Below are positions 15,433-28,950 of a stretch of DNA of 44,935 nt, one piece after another. Origin of the DNA: a virus (lineage: Duplodnaviria; Heunggongvirae; Uroviricota; Caudoviricetes). How positions within the stretch are numbered: the first letter of the stretch is position 1; every line of letters begins with the position of its first letter. Both the position numbers and the translations under genes were made by a program. The notes beneath the pieces were generated by a model that saw only the letters and a list, made by a program, of their open reading frames with translations, had not been told where the DNA came from and did no database searches. The stretch lies in the IMG/VR virus record IMGVR_UViG_643348551_000004; one strand, written 5' to 3'.

Positions 15433-15602
15433 TGGCTACACCGCTTATTCGTGTCATGAACGGACACATCTACAGAGTATCAAATCGTCGTAAGCGTAAG
15501 CCTGAGCCGAAGCCATCCGAAATACCAACACTGCTCGGATATACCGCTAGCCTGGTTGATAAAAAATGGTTGCGACTGGCAGCAAGGAGGAATCATGGCT
15601 GA
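15432..15602 (+). CDS. ninE: NinE, 56 aa (below the ORF-track cutoff)
   Basis: My translation is [56 protein letters not shown]. There is a TAATG overlap with ybcN. It matches K-12 NinE. Confidence 0.85.
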   Translation: MATPLIRVMNGHIYRVSNRRKRKPEPKPSEIPTLLGYTASLVDKKWLRLAARRNHG

Positions 15603-15885
15603 TTTGAGAAAAGCAGCGCGTGGTCGGGAATGCCAGGTAAGAATCCCTGGCGTATGTAATGGCAATTCTGAAACGTCTGTACTGGCACATATCCGGCTGG
15701 CTGGATTGTGCGGTACCGGTATCAAACCGCCAGACCTGATTGCCACCATTGCATGTTCTGCCTGCCACGACGAAATCGACCGCCGCACACATTTTGTCGA
15801 TGCTGCATATGCAAAAGAATGCGCGCTGGAAGGTATGGCGAGAACACAGGTTATCTGGCTGAAAGAGGGGGTTATTAAGGCGTGA
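15595..15885 (+). CDS. ybcO: YbcO (DUF1364 putative nuclease), 96 aa
   Basis: [34 protein letters not shown]... matches K-12 YbcO. AGGAGG precedes ATG 15595. Confidence 0.9.
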   Translation: MADLRKAARGRECQVRIPGVCNGNSETSVLAHIRLAGLCGTGIKPPDLIATIACSACHDEIDRRTHFVDAAYAKECALEGMARTQVIWLKEGVIKA

Positions 15886-16244
15886 ATACCTACAGCATCA
15901 CATTACCCTGGCCTCCGAGCAATAATCGCTATTACCGCCATAATCGCGGGCGCACGCACATCAGCGCAGAAGGGCAGGCATACCGCGATAACGTCACCCG
16001 AATCATTAAAAACGCAATGCTGGATATCGGCCTGGCTATGCCAGTGAAAATCCGTATTGAGTGCCACATGCCGGATCGCCGTCGCCGTGACCTGGATAAT
16101 CTGCAAAAAGCCGCTTTTGACGCACTCACCAAAGCAGGTTTCTGGCTGGATGATGCTCAGGTCGTTGATTACCGCGTTGTGAAGATGCCTGTTACCAAAG
16201 GTGGGAGGCTGGAACTGACCATCACCGAAATGGGGAATGAATGA
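15882..16244 (+). CDS. rusA: RusA Holliday-junction resolvase, 120 aa
   Basis: [37 protein letters not shown]... equals K-12 RusA. There is a GTGA overlap with ybcO. Confidence 0.95.
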   Translation: MNTYSITLPWPPSNNRYYRHNRGRTHISAEGQAYRDNVTRIIKNAMLDIGLAMPVKIRIECHMPDRRRRDLDNLQKAAFDALTKAGFWLDDAQVVDYRVVKMPVTKGGRLELTITEMGNE

Positions 16245-16381
16245 TGTTTGAGTTTTATATGGCAGAACTTCTTCGCCACCGCTGGGGGCATCTGCGCTTA
16301 TATCGTTTCCCCGGTTCTGTTTTGACCGATTACCGAATACTGAAGAATTACGCCAAAACCCTGACAGGAGCAGGAGTATGA
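16241..16381 (+). CDS. ylcG: YlcG, 46 aa (below the ORF-track cutoff)
   Basis: My translation is [46 protein letters not shown]. There is an ATGA overlap with rusA. Confidence 0.8.
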   Translation: MMFEFYMAELLRHRWGHLRLYRFPGSVLTDYRILKNYAKTLTGAGV

Positions 16382-16394
16382 AGTCAGAGATAAC

Positions 16395-16427
16395 AATCAA
16401 CTAATACTGTTTTGTTGATTTTTGCTT
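16395..16427 (+). terminator. Weak terminator-like hairpin upstream of Q
   Basis: AATCAAC (16395-16401), a 12-nt loop, GTTGATT (16414-16420), then TTTGCTT. The position is analogous to lambda terminators preceding Q. Confidence 0.3.
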
Positions 16428-16466
16428 GTAATTGGCGTTCTGGTCTGATTTTTGTGGAGTAAGTTG

Positions 16467-16850
16467 ATGCGTGATATTCAGATGGTTCTTGAGCGTTGGG
16501 GAGCGTGGGCGGCTAATAATCATGAAGATGTGACCTGGTCGTCCATTGCCGCCGGTTTTAAGGGATTAATTACTTCAAAAGTAAAATCTCGCCCGCAATG
16601 TTGTGACGATGACGCGATGATTATTTGCGGGTGCATGGCCCGTCTGAAAAAGAACAACAGCGATTTGCACGATTTATTAGTAGATTATTATGTAGTCGGT
16701 ATGACATTCATGTCACTGGCAGGTAAGCATTGCTGCTCTGATGGTTATATCGGGAAAAGGTTACAGAAGGCTGAGGGCATAATTGAAGGGATGTTAATGG
16801 CATTAGATATCCGGTTAGAGATGGATATCGTTGTTAATAACTCTAATTAA
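16467..16850 (+). CDS. quuD: Late-gene antiterminator Q, DLP12/phage-21 type, 127 aa
   Basis: [60 protein letters not shown]... equals K-12 QuuD. Confidence 0.93.
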   Translation: MRDIQMVLERWGAWAANNHEDVTWSSIAAGFKGLITSKVKSRPQCCDDDAMIICGCMARLKKNNSDLHDLLVDYYVVGMTFMSLAGKHCCSDGYIGKRLQKAEGIIEGMLMALDIRLEMDIVVNNSN

Positions 16851-16872
16851 TATGCCAATTGTTTACTAAAAA

Positions 16873-17039
16873 TTATTAAAAATGGGGCGTTGAGACGCCC
16901 CCAAAAATAAAGGGTAATATATAACAGAAGGTTTATATAGTTAGAAGCAAGGTTGTGCTTCTAAAGGAAGTGGCTTGAGGGAGCCACTTATATGTTGGGG
17001 AGGCAACGCCTCCCGCAACATATCTTTTTCGTAATCAGA
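16873..17039 (-). ncRNA. ipeX: nmpC 3'-UTR region corresponding to the IpeX regulatory RNA (about 165 nt)
   Basis: Four hairpins lie between the nmpC stop and a minus-strand terminator (GGGGCG-TCTCAA-CGCCCC then ATTTTTAATAATTTTT, stem 16884-16901). Published work places ipeX between the nmpC stop and its terminator. The boundaries here are inferred. Confidence 0.5.
16990..17030 (+). terminator. Strong plus-strand intrinsic terminator downstream of Q (tR'-like target of Q antitermination)
   Basis: ATATGTTGGGGAGGC-AAC-GCCTCCCGCAACATAT forms a stem of about 15 bp with one bulge, followed by CTTTTTC. Confidence 0.6.
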
Positions 17040-18137
17040 TTAGAACTGGTAAACCAGACCTACAGCAACGATGTCATCAGTGCTTACACCGAGTGCTTTA
17101 GTGAAGTCATTTTTGTCAAGCAGGTTGATTTTGTAATCAACGAAAGTAGACATATTTTTGTTGAAGTAATAGGTTGCACCTACATCAACATATTTGACTA
17201 AGTCCTGATCGCCCCATACTCCAAGATCTTTACCTTTAGATTGCAGGTAAGCAACGGACGGACGCAGACCGAAATCGAACTGATATTGTGCAACAGCTTC
17301 GAAGTTTTGGGCTTTATTAGCAACGAAGTGATCAGCAAATACAGTCATATTCTGGGTTTCAGAATAGGTAGTGGCCAGGTAAATGTTGTTAGCGTCATAT
17401 TTCAGACCTGCGGCCCAAACTTCTGCATTTTTACCGGAAGCAAATACTTCAGGAAGAACTTTCCCTGCATTAACTTGAGTGTCGGTACGATCAGATTTCG
17501 CATAAGTTGCACCGATACCGAATCCTTCGTATTCATAGGTAGCAGAGAAACCGAAGCCATCACCGTTACCTTCAGTGTAGTTATCGAAATCGCTACGATC
17601 GTTTTTGCCTTGGTACTGAGCAGCAAAGTTCAGACCATCAACCAGACCAAAGAAGTCGTTGTTACGATAGGTTGCAACACCAGTGGTGCGACCAGTCATG
17701 AACACATCTGTTTGGGTCCAGGTATCGCCACCGAATTCTGGCAGAACGTCAGTCCACGCACCGATGTCGTATGCTACACCGTAGTTACGGCCGTAATCGA
17801 TTGAGCCGTAGTCACCGAATTTCAGGCCTGCAAATGCAAGACGGGTTTTGTCTTTGGAGGAACCTTGAGATTCAGCGCGGTTGCCTTTGAATTCATATTC
17901 CCACTGACCGAAACCAGTCAGTTGATCGTTGATTTGGGTTTCACCTTTGAAGCCAAGACGGGCATAAGTAGTATCACCATCATCTGCATCATTAGAGGAG
18001 AAGTAGTGCTTGGCATTAACTTTCCCGTACAGATCCAGCTTGTTACTGTCTTTATTATAAATTTCAGCTGCCTGAGCAGACATCGCCATCAGTACTGATG
18101 CAGCTACAGCAGAAATTGCCACTGTTAATTTTTTCAT
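17040..18137 (-). CDS. nmpC: NmpC/Lc-type OmpC-family general porin, intact, 365 aa
   Basis: The signal peptide is [40 protein letters not shown]...VGLVYQF shows the classic porin N-terminus and C-terminal Phe. Confidence 0.95.
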   Translation of the reverse strand: MKKLTVAISAVAASVLMAMSAQAAEIYNKDSNKLDLYGKVNAKHYFSSNDADDGDTTYARLGFKGETQINDQLTGFGQWEYEFKGNRAESQGSSKDKTRLAFAGLKFGDYGSIDYGRNYGVAYDIGAWTDVLPEFGGDTWTQTDVFMTGRTTGVATYRNNDFFGLVDGLNFAAQYQGKNDRSDFDNYTEGNGDGFGFSATYEYEGFGIGATYAKSDRTDTQVNAGKVLPEVFASGKNAEVWAAGLKYDANNIYLATTYSETQNMTVFADHFVANKAQNFEAVAQYQFDFGLRPSVAYLQSKGKDLGVWGDQDLVKYVDVGATYYFNKNMSTFVDYKINLLDKNDFTKALGVSTDDIVAVGLVYQF

Positions 18138-18725
18138 CGTGAGCCCTTTTTTTTGAACTATTATTAAAAAATGATGTCACTGCGCGATAAATATTCATCT
18201 AATCAATGTGATTATTTCAAGATGTAAGTTTTAGTTTCTCATTTAATTTGTGAAGTAGATCTCTATTTTTATCTGAACTTTTTCTATCGAAACCTATTTA
18301 TGGCTCTTATTTGAACAAAAATAAACCTATTAGCTAATTTATATTAATGGTTGTTATTTATGGAGGTTCTATAATTCGGCAGTTTAATTTAAATCAACTA
18401 AAAATAACGTCTGAAATTATTTATTGGTTATTTGTTGAGGTTTTCTTATGTATTTGTGGTGGTGTTTTGAACACTCGGTAGCATTCTCATAAATATCATT
18501 CAGTGGTTTACGTACGTAAAAAATTGGTTATGCTGTTAAGAGTGGTTACTTCGTCACACAGCTTAAACCCGCCGTCGAGCTGGTTTTTCCATTTTTTGAG
18601 TCTCGATATTAGCTGATAACTCAATACCTGAGTTATTCACTGACTCCGAGTCTGTTACGTTTCTGCTTTTTTGCGATACGTTGTATTCCCTCAATTTACA
18701 CCCGCTTTGTCTGCGAGGTGGGGTT

Positions 18726-18941
18726 ATGAAATCCATGGATAAGTTAACAACGGGTGTCGCCTATGGCACCTCAGCAGGTAGTGCCGGTTACTGGTTTTTA
18801 CAGCTGCTCGATAAAGTCACGCCCTCACAGTGGGCAGCAATAGGTGTGCTGGGTAGCCTGGTATTTGGCCTGCTGACGTACCTGACAAACCTTTATTTCA
18901 AGATTAAAGAAGATAAGCGCAAGGCTGCGAGAGGTGAATAA
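18726..18941 (+). CDS. essD: Class II pinholin (S21 type) with dual-start motif MKSM, 71 aa
   Basis: [71 protein letters not shown] equals K-12 EssD and is close to phage 21 S. Confidence 0.92.
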
Positions 18942-19438
18942 TGCCTCCATCATTACGAAAAGCCGTTGCTGCTGCTATTGGTGGCGGAGCAATTGCTATA
19001 GCATCAGTGTTAATTACTGGCCCAAGTGGTAACGATGGTCTGGAAGGTGTCAGCTACATACCATACAAAGATATTGTTGGTGTATGGACTGTATGTCACG
19101 GGCATACAGGAAAAGACATCATGCTCGGTAAAACGTATACCAAAGCAGAATGCAAAGCCCTCCTGAATAAAGACCTTGCCACGGTCGCCAGACAAATTAA
19201 CCCGTACATAAAAGTTGATATACCGGAAACAACGCGCGGCGCTCTTTACTCATTCGTTTACAACGTGGGTGCTGGCAATTTCAGAACATCGACGCTTCTT
19301 CGCAAAATAAACCAGGGCGATATCAAAGGCGCATGTGATCAGCTACGTCGCTGGACATATGCTGGCGGTAAGCAATGGAAAGGTCTCATGACTCGTCGTG
19401 AGATTGAGCGTGAAATCTGTTTGTGGGGTCAGCAATGA
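18941..19438 (+). CDS. rrrD: SAR endolysin (lysozyme, R21 type), 165 aa
   Basis: The N-terminal signal-arrest-release segment is [20 protein letters not shown]. It matches K-12 RrrD and phage 21 R. Confidence 0.93.
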   Translation: MPPSLRKAVAAAIGGGAIAIASVLITGPSGNDGLEGVSYIPYKDIVGVWTVCHGHTGKDIMLGKTYTKAECKALLNKDLATVARQINPYIKVDIPETTRGALYSFVYNVGAGNFRTSTLLRKINQGDIKGACDQLRRWTYAGGKQWKGLMTRREIEREICLWGQQ

Positions 19439-19896
19439 ACAGAGTAACCGCGATTATCTCCGCTCTGGTTATCTGCATCATCGTTTGCCTGTCATGGGCT
19501 GTTAATCATTACCGTGATAACGCCATTACCTACAAAGCCCAGCGCGACAAAAATGCCAGAGAACTGAAGCTGGCGAACGCGGCAATTACTGACATGCAGA
19601 TGCGTCAGCGTGATGTTGCTGCGCTCGATGCAAAATACACGAAGGAGTTAGCTGATGCGAAAGCTGAAAATGATGCTCTGCGTGATGATGTTGCCGCTGG
19701 TCGTCGTCGGTTGCACATCAAAGCAGTCTGTCAGTCAGTGCGTGAAGCCACCACCGCCTCCGGCGTGGATAATGCAGCCTCCCCCCGACTGGCAGACACC
19801 GCTGAACGGGATTATTTCACCCTCAGAGAGAGGCTGATCACTATGCAAAAACAACTGGAAGGAACCCAGAAGTATATTAATGAGCAGTGCAGATAG
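19435..19896 (+). CDS. rzpD: i-spanin Rz, 153 aa
   Basis: [38 protein letters not shown]... has an N-terminal TM and a coiled-coil. There is an ATGA overlap with the endolysin. Confidence 0.92.
   Translation: MNRVTAIISALVICIIVCLSWAVNHYRDNAITYKAQRDKNARELKLANAAITDMQMRQRDVAALDAKYTKELADAKAENDALRDDVAAGRRRLHIKAVCQSVREATTASGVDNAASPRLADTAERDYFTLRERLITMQKQLEGTQKYINEQCR
19655..19837 (+). CDS. rzoD: o-spanin Rz1 lipoprotein embedded in the +1 frame of Rz, 60 aa
   Basis: The lipobox is LVVVGC, followed by a Pro-rich mature region ([19 protein letters not shown]). Confidence 0.9.
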   Translation: MRKLKMMLCVMMLPLVVVGCTSKQSVSQCVKPPPPPAWIMQPPPDWQTPLNGIISPSERG

Positions 19897-19927
19897 AGCT
19901 GCCCATATCGATGGGCAACTCATGCAA

Positions 19928-20221
19928 TTATTGTGAGCAATACACACGCGCTTCCAGCGGAGTATAAATGCCTAAAGTAATAAAACCGAGAAATCCATTT
20001 ACGAATGTTTGCTGGGTTTCTGTTTTAACAACATTTTCTGCGCCGCCACAAATTTTGGCTGCATCAACAGTTTTCTCCTGTCCAATTCCCGAAACGAAGA
20101 AGTGATGGGTGATGGTTTCCTTTGGTGTTACTGCTGTCGGTTTGTTTCCAACAGTAAACGTCTGTTGAGCACATCCTGTAATAAGCATTGCCAGAGCGGC
20201 AGAAAACAACATTTTTTTCAT
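19928..20221 (-). CDS. borD: Bor serum-resistance lipoprotein, 97 aa
   Basis: MKKMLFSAALAMLITGCAQQTFTVGNKPTAVTPKETITHHFFVSGIGQ... has the lipobox LITGC. ATG at 20221. Confidence 0.93.
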   Translation of the reverse strand: MKKMLFSAALAMLITGCAQQTFTVGNKPTAVTPKETITHHFFVSGIGQEKTVDAAKICGGAENVVKTETQQTFVNGFLGFITLGIYTPLEARVYCSQ

Positions 20222-20583
20222 CTTATTATCCTGCATTGTTAAAAACGGCAGAATCCTATGTGACAACAATTAAACGATAGTTAAATGGATTGATGAAAAT
20301 TAAAACTATATAGGTGTACGCTCAGACTATTGGAGGAAGTTGGGGACACTCAGAATCCTGTGGAATGAAATAAACCGGTCTATCCGTCTATTACCCTTTT
20401 AGCTGCGCTGTATCGTCGCCGTATTCCCGCATTAACCATGACCGTAGCCCGACGGGGAATTCCTTCTGCGTGAGTGTGCGGGAATAATCAAAAACGATGC
20501 ACACCGGGTTTTACTGTGCTGACAGACGCAGGGTTACCCTCATAGTCGCTTTTCCGGTGCGATGGTGGAAGAAACCGGGATGT

Positions 20584-20778
20584 TCATCCATCATCACTTT
20601 GGATTGATGTATATGCTCTCTTTTCTGACGTTAGTCTCCGACGGCAGGCTTCAATGACCCAGGCTGAGAAATTCCCGGACCCTTTTTGCTCAAGAGCGAT
20701 GTTAATTTGTTCAATCATTTGGTTAGGAAAGCGGATGTTGCGGGTTGTTGTTCTGCGGGTTCTGTTCTTCGTTGACAT
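20584..20778 (-). CDS. ylcI: YlcI/DUF3950 small protein (lambda p79 homologue), 64 aa
   Basis: MSTKNRTRRTTTRNIRFPNQMIEQINIALEQKGSGNFSAWVIEACRRRL... has an Arc/RHH-like N-terminus. It occupies the same position as in lambda, just left of cos. Confidence 0.8.
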   Translation of the reverse strand: MSTKNRTRRTTTRNIRFPNQMIEQINIALEQKGSGNFSAWVIEACRRRLTSEKRAYTSIQSDDG

Positions 20779-20939
20779 GAGGTTGCCCCGTATTCAGTGT
20801 CGCTGATTTGTATTGTCTGAAGTTGTTTTTACGTTAAGTTGATGCAGATCAATTAATACGATACCTGCGTCATAATTGATTATTTGACGTGGTTTGATGG
20901 CGTAGATGCACGTTGTGACATGTAGATGATAATTATTAT

Positions 20940-21160
20940 CATTTTTGCGGGTCCTTTCCGGCGATCCGACAGGTTACGGGGCGGCGACCTCGCGGGTTTT
21001 CGCTATTTATGAAAATTTTCCGGTTTAAGGCGTTTCCGTTCTTCTTCGTCATAACTTAATGTTTTTATTTAAAATACCCTCTGAAAAGAAAGGAAACGAC
21101 AGGTGCTGAAAGCGAGCTTTTTGGCCTCTGTCGTTTCCTTTCTCTGTTTTTGTCCGTGGA
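20940..21160 (+). promoter_or_regulatory. cos: cos site (cosQ-cosN-cosB); the 12-nt cohesive end GGGCGGCGACCT is at 20979-20990
   Basis: ...TCCGACAGGTTACG|GGGCGGCGACCTCGCGGGTTTTCGCTATTTATGAAAATTTTCCGG... is the lambda genome-end sequence. Confidence 0.95.
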
Positions 21161-21167
21161 ATGAACA

Positions 21168-21687
21168 ATGGAAGTCAACAAAAAGCAGCTGGCTGACATT
21201 TTCGGTGCGAGTATCCGTACCATTCAGAACTGGCAGGAACAGGGAATGCCCGTTCTGCGAGGCGGTGGCAAGGGTAATGAGGTGCTTTATGACTCTGCCG
21301 CCGTCATAAAATGGTATGCCGAAAGGGATGCTGAAATTGAGAACGAAAAGCTGCGCCGGGAAGTTGAAGAACTGCGGCAGGCCAGCGAGACAGATCTCCA
21401 GCCAGGGACTATTGAGTACGAACGCCATCGACTTACGCGTGCGCAGGCCGACGCACAGGAGCTGAAAAATGCCAGAGACTCCGCTGAAGTGGTGGAAACC
21501 GCATTCTGTACTTTCGTGCTGTCGCGGATCGCAGGTGAAATTGCCAGTATTCTCGACGGGATCCCCCTGTCGGTGCAGCGGCGTTTTCCGGAACTGGAAA
21601 ACCGACATGTTGATTTCCTGAAACGGGATATCATCAAAGCCATGAACAAAGCAGCCGCGCTGGATGAACTGATACCGGGGTTGCTGA

Positions 21688-21713
<26 letters not shown>
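21168..21713 (+). CDS. nu1: Terminase small subunit Nu1, 181 aa
   Basis: MEVNKKQLADIFGASIRTIQNWQEQGMPVLRGGGKGNEVLYDSAAVIKWY... equals lambda Nu1. Confidence 0.97.
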
Positions 21714-25394
<3,681 letters not shown>

Positions 25395-25414
<20 letters not shown>

Positions 25415-26714
25415 TCTCCCGCATATTGCCAGCATGGCTTTTAATGAGCCGCTGATGCTTGAACCCGCCTATGCGCGGGTTTTCTTTTGTGCGCTTGCAG
25501 GCCAGCTTGGGATCAGTCGCCTGACGGATGCAGTATCCGGCGACAGCCTGACTGCCGGAGAGGCACCCGCGGCGCTGGCGTTATCCGGTGATGATGACGG
25601 ACCACGACAGGCCCGCAGTTATCAGGTCATGAACGGCATCGCCGTGCTGCCGGTGTCCGGTACGCTGGTCAGCCGGACGCGGGCGCTGCAGCCGTATTCG
25701 GGAATGACCGGTTACAACGGCATTATCGCCCGTCTGCAACAGGCTGCCAGCGATCCGATGGTGGACGGCATTCTGCTCGATATGGACACACCGGGCGGGA
25801 TGGTGGCGGGAGCATTTGACTGTGCTGACATCATCGCCCGTGTGCGTGACATAAAGCCGGTATGGGCGCTGGCCAACGACATGAACTGCAGTGCAGGTCA
25901 GCTGCTTGCCAGCGCCGCCTCCCGGCGTCTGGTCACGCAGACCGCCCGGACAGGCTCCATCGGCGTCATGATGGCTCACAGTAATTACGGCGCTGCGCTG
26001 GAGAAACAGGGCGTGGAAATCACGCTGATTTACAGCGGCAGCCATAAGGTGGATGGCAACCCCTACAGCCATCTACCGGGTGATGTCCGGGAGACACTGC
26101 AGTCCCGGATGGATGCAACCCGCCGGATGTTTGCGCAGAAGGTGTCGGCATATACCGGCCTGTCCGTGCAGGCTGTGCTGGATACCGAGGCTGCAGTGTA
26201 CAGCGGTCAGGAGGCCATTGATGCCGGACTGGCTGATGAACTTGTCAACAGCACCGATGCGATCACCGTTATGCGTGATGCACTGGATGCACGTAAATCC
26301 CGTCTCTCAGGAGGGCGAATGACCAAAGAGACTCAATCAACAACTGTTTCAGCCACTGCTTCGCAGGCTGACGTTACTGACGTGGTGCAAGCGACGGAGG
26401 GCGAAAACGCCAGCGCGGCGCAGCCGGACGTGAACGCGCAGATCACCGCTGCGGTTGCGGCAGAAAACAGCCGCATTATGGGGATCCTCAACTGTGAGGA
26501 AGCTCACGGACGCGAAGAACAGGCACGTGTGCTGGCCGAAACCCCCGGTATGACCGTGGAAACGGCCCGCCGCATTCTGGCAGCTGCACCACAGAGTGCA
26601 CAGGCGCGCAGTGACACTGCGCTGGATCGTCTGATGCAGGGGGCACCGGCACCACTGGCTGCAGGTAACCCGGCATCTGATGCCGTTAACGATTTGCTGA
26701 ACACACCAGTGTAA
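25395..26714 (+). CDS. C: Head maturation protease C (ClpP/SppA-like), 439 aa, GTG start
   Basis: GAGGAGGAG precedes GTG 25395. (M)TAELRNLPHIASMAFNEPLMLEPAYARVFF... equals lambda gpC. Confidence 0.93.
26109..26714 (+). CDS. nu3: Scaffold protein Nu3, an in-frame internal start within C, 201 aa
   Basis: The ATG at 26109 (MDATRRMFAQKV...) corresponds to the lambda Nu3 nested start. Confidence 0.8.
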   Translation: MDATRRMFAQKVSAYTGLSVQAVLDTEAAVYSGQEAIDAGLADELVNSTDAITVMRDALDARKSRLSGGRMTKETQSTTVSATASQADVTDVVQATEGENASAAQPDVNAQITAAVAAENSRIMGILNCEEAHGREEQARVLAETPGMTVETARRILAAAPQSAQARSDTALDRLMQGAPAPLAAGNPASDAVNDLLNTPV

Positions 26715-26723
26715 GGGATGTTT

Positions 26724-27056
26724 ATGACGAGCAAAGAAACCTTTACCCATTACCAGCCGCTGGGCAACAGTGACCCGGCACATACGGCAACCGCGCCCGG
26801 CGGATTGAGTGCGAAAGCGCCTGCAATGACCCCGCTGATGCTGGACACCTCCACCCGTAAGCTGGTTGCGTGGGATGGCACCACCGACGGTACTGCCGTT
26901 GGCATTCTGGCGGTTGATGCTGACCAGACCAGCACCACGCTGACGTTCTACAAGTCCGGCACGTTCCGTTATGAGGATGTGCTCTGGCCGGAGGCTGCCA
27001 GCGACGAGACGAAAAAACGGACCGCGTTTGCCGGAACGGCAATCAGCATCGTTTAA
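26724..27056 (+). CDS. D: Head decoration protein D, 110 aa
   Basis: [42 protein letters not shown]... equals lambda gpD. Confidence 0.96.
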   Translation: MTSKETFTHYQPLGNSDPAHTATAPGGLSAKAPAMTPLMLDTSTRKLVAWDGTTDGTAVGILAVDADQTSTTLTFYKSGTFRYEDVLWPEAASDETKKRTAFAGTAISIV

Positions 27057-27076
27057 CCTTACCCTTCATCACTAAA

Positions 27077-27098
27077 GGCCGCCTGTGCGGCTTTTTTT
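27077..27098 (+). terminator. Terminator-like hairpin between D and E (as in lambda)
   Basis: GCCGC-CTGT-GCGGC is followed by TTTTTTT. It lies inside the Q-antiterminated late operon. Confidence 0.35.
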
Positions 27099-27111
27099 AC
27101 GGGATTTTTTT

Positions 27112-28137
27112 ATGTCGATGTACACAACCGCCCAGCTGCTGGCGGCAAATGAGCAGAAATTTAAGTTTGATCCGCTGTTTCTGCGTCTCTTTTTCCGTGA
27201 GAGCTATCCCTTCACCACGGAGAAAGTCTATCTCTCACAAATTCCGGGACTGGTAAACATGGCGCTGTACGTTTCGCCGATTGTTTCCGGTGAGGTTATC
27301 CGTTCCCGTGGCGGCTCCACCTCTGAATTTACGCCGGGATATGTCAAACCCAAGCATGAGGTGAATCCGCAGATGACCCTGCGTCGCCTGCCGGATGAAG
27401 ATCCGCAGAATCTGGCGGACCCGGCTTACCGCCGCCGTCGCATCATCATGCAGAACATGCGAGACGAAGAGCTGGCCATTGCTCAGGTCGAAGAGATGCA
27501 GGCAGTTTCTGCTGTGCTTAAGGGCAAATACACCATGACCGGTGAAGCCTTCGATCCGGTTGAGGTGGATATGGGCCGCAGTGCGGCGAACAACATCACA
27601 CAGTCCGGTGGTACGGAGTGGAGCAAGCGTGACAAGTCCACGTATGACCCGACCGACGATATCGAAGCCTATGCGCTGAACGCCAGCGGCGTGGTGAATA
27701 TCATCGTGTTTGATCCGAAAGGCTGGGCGCTGTTCCGTTCCTTCAAAGCCGTCAAGGAGAAGCTGGATACCCGTCGCGGCTCTCATTCCGAGCTGGAGAC
27801 AGCGGTAAAAGACCTGGGCGAAGCGGTGTCCTATAAGGGGATGTATGGCGATACGGCGATCGTCGTGTATTCCGGACAGTACGTGGAAAACGACGTCAAA
27901 AAGAACTTCCTGCCGGACAACACGATGGTGCTGGGGAACACTCAGGCACGCGGTCTGCGCACCTATGGCTGCATTCAGGATGCGGACGCACAGCGCGAAG
28001 GTATTAACGCCTCTGCCCGCTACCCGAAAAACTGGGTGACCACCGGCGATCCGGCGCGTGAGTTCACCATGATTCAGTCAGCACCGCTGATGCTGCTGGC
28101 TGATCCTGATGCGTTCGTGTCCGTACAACTGGCGTAA
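27112..28137 (+). CDS. E: Major capsid protein E, 341 aa
   Basis: MSMYTTAQLLAANEQKFKFDPLFLRLFFRESYPFTTEKVYLSQIPGLVNMALYVSP... equals lambda gpE. Confidence 0.97.
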   Translation: MSMYTTAQLLAANEQKFKFDPLFLRLFFRESYPFTTEKVYLSQIPGLVNMALYVSPIVSGEVIRSRGGSTSEFTPGYVKPKHEVNPQMTLRRLPDEDPQNLADPAYRRRRIIMQNMRDEELAIAQVEEMQAVSAVLKGKYTMTGEAFDPVEVDMGRSAANNITQSGGTEWSKRDKSTYDPTDDIEAYALNASGVVNIIVFDPKGWALFRSFKAVKEKLDTRRGSHSELETAVKDLGEAVSYKGMYGDTAIVVYSGQYVENDVKKNFLPDNTMVLGNTQARGLRTYGCIQDADAQREGINASARYPKNWVTTGDPAREFTMIQSAPLMLLADPDAFVSVQLA

Positions 28138-28178
28138 TCATGGCCCTTCGGGGCCATTTTCTCTCTGTGGAGGAGTCC

Positions 28179-28574
28179 ATGACGAAAGATGAACTGATTG
28201 CCCGTCTTCAGGTGCTGGGTGAGCAACTGAACCGTGATGTCAGCCTGACGGGGACGAAAGAAGAACTGGTGCTCCGTGTGGCAGAGCTGGAAGAGGAGCT
28301 TGATGACACGGATGACGCTGCCGGTCAGGACACATCTGTCAGCCCGGAAAATGCGCTGACCGGACATGAAAATGAGGTGGTATCAGCGCAGCCGGATACC
28401 GTGATTGATACGGCTGCTCTGGTCACGGTCGTGGCACTGGTGACGCTGCATACTGATGCACTTCACGCCACGCGGGATGAGCCTGTGGCATTTGTGCTGC
28501 CGGGAACGGCGTTTCGTGTCTCTGCCGGTGTGGCAGCCGAAATGACAGAACATGGCCTGGCCAGAATGCAATAA
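28179..28574 (+). CDS. FI: DNA-packaging/head completion protein FI, 131 aa
   Basis: MTKDELIARL..LGEQLNRDVSLTGTKEEL.LRVAEL.EELDDTD... is close to lambda FI. Confidence 0.92.
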   Translation: MTKDELIARLQVLGEQLNRDVSLTGTKEELVLRVAELEEELDDTDDAAGQDTSVSPENALTGHENEVVSAQPDTVIDTAALVTVVALVTLHTDALHATRDEPVAFVLPGTAFRVSAGVAAEMTEHGLARMQ

Positions 28575-28585
28575 CGGGAGGCGCT

Positions 28586-28939
28586 GTGGCTGATTCCGAT
28601 AACCTGTTCGATGCTGCCATTGCCCGCGCCGATGAAACGATACGCGGGTACATGGGAACGTCAGCCACCATGACATCCGGTGAGCTGTCCGGTGCTGTGA
28701 TACGTGGTGTTTTTGATGACCCTGAAAATATCAGCTATGCCGGACAGGGGGTGCGCGTTGAAGGCTCCAGCCCGTCCCTGTTTGTCCGGACTGATGATGT
28801 GCGGCAGCTGCGGCGTGGAGACACACTGACCATCGGCGAGGAAAACTTCTGGGTGGACCGGATTTCGCCGGATGATGGCGGAAGCTGTCATCTCTGGCTT
28901 GGGCGTGGCGTGCCGCCTGCCGTTAACCGTCGCCGCTGA
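28586..28939 (+). CDS. FII: Head-tail connector FII, 117 aa (GTG start)
   Basis: MAD.DNLFDAAIARADETIRGYMGTSAT.TSGE.SGAVIRGVFDDPENISYAG... equals lambda FII. Confidence 0.95.
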   Translation: MADSDNLFDAAIARADETIRGYMGTSATMTSGELSGAVIRGVFDDPENISYAGQGVRVEGSSPSLFVRTDDVRQLRRGDTLTIGEENFWVDRISPDDGGSCHLWLGRGVPPAVNRRR

Positions 28940-28950
28940 AAGGGGGATGT

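Noticed and set aside
19897-19927. Hairpin TGCCCA-TATCGA-TGGGCA between convergent rzpD and borD, as a possible bidirectional terminator
   Set aside because: The stem is present, but there is no U-tract on either strand. I do not call it a terminator with confidence.
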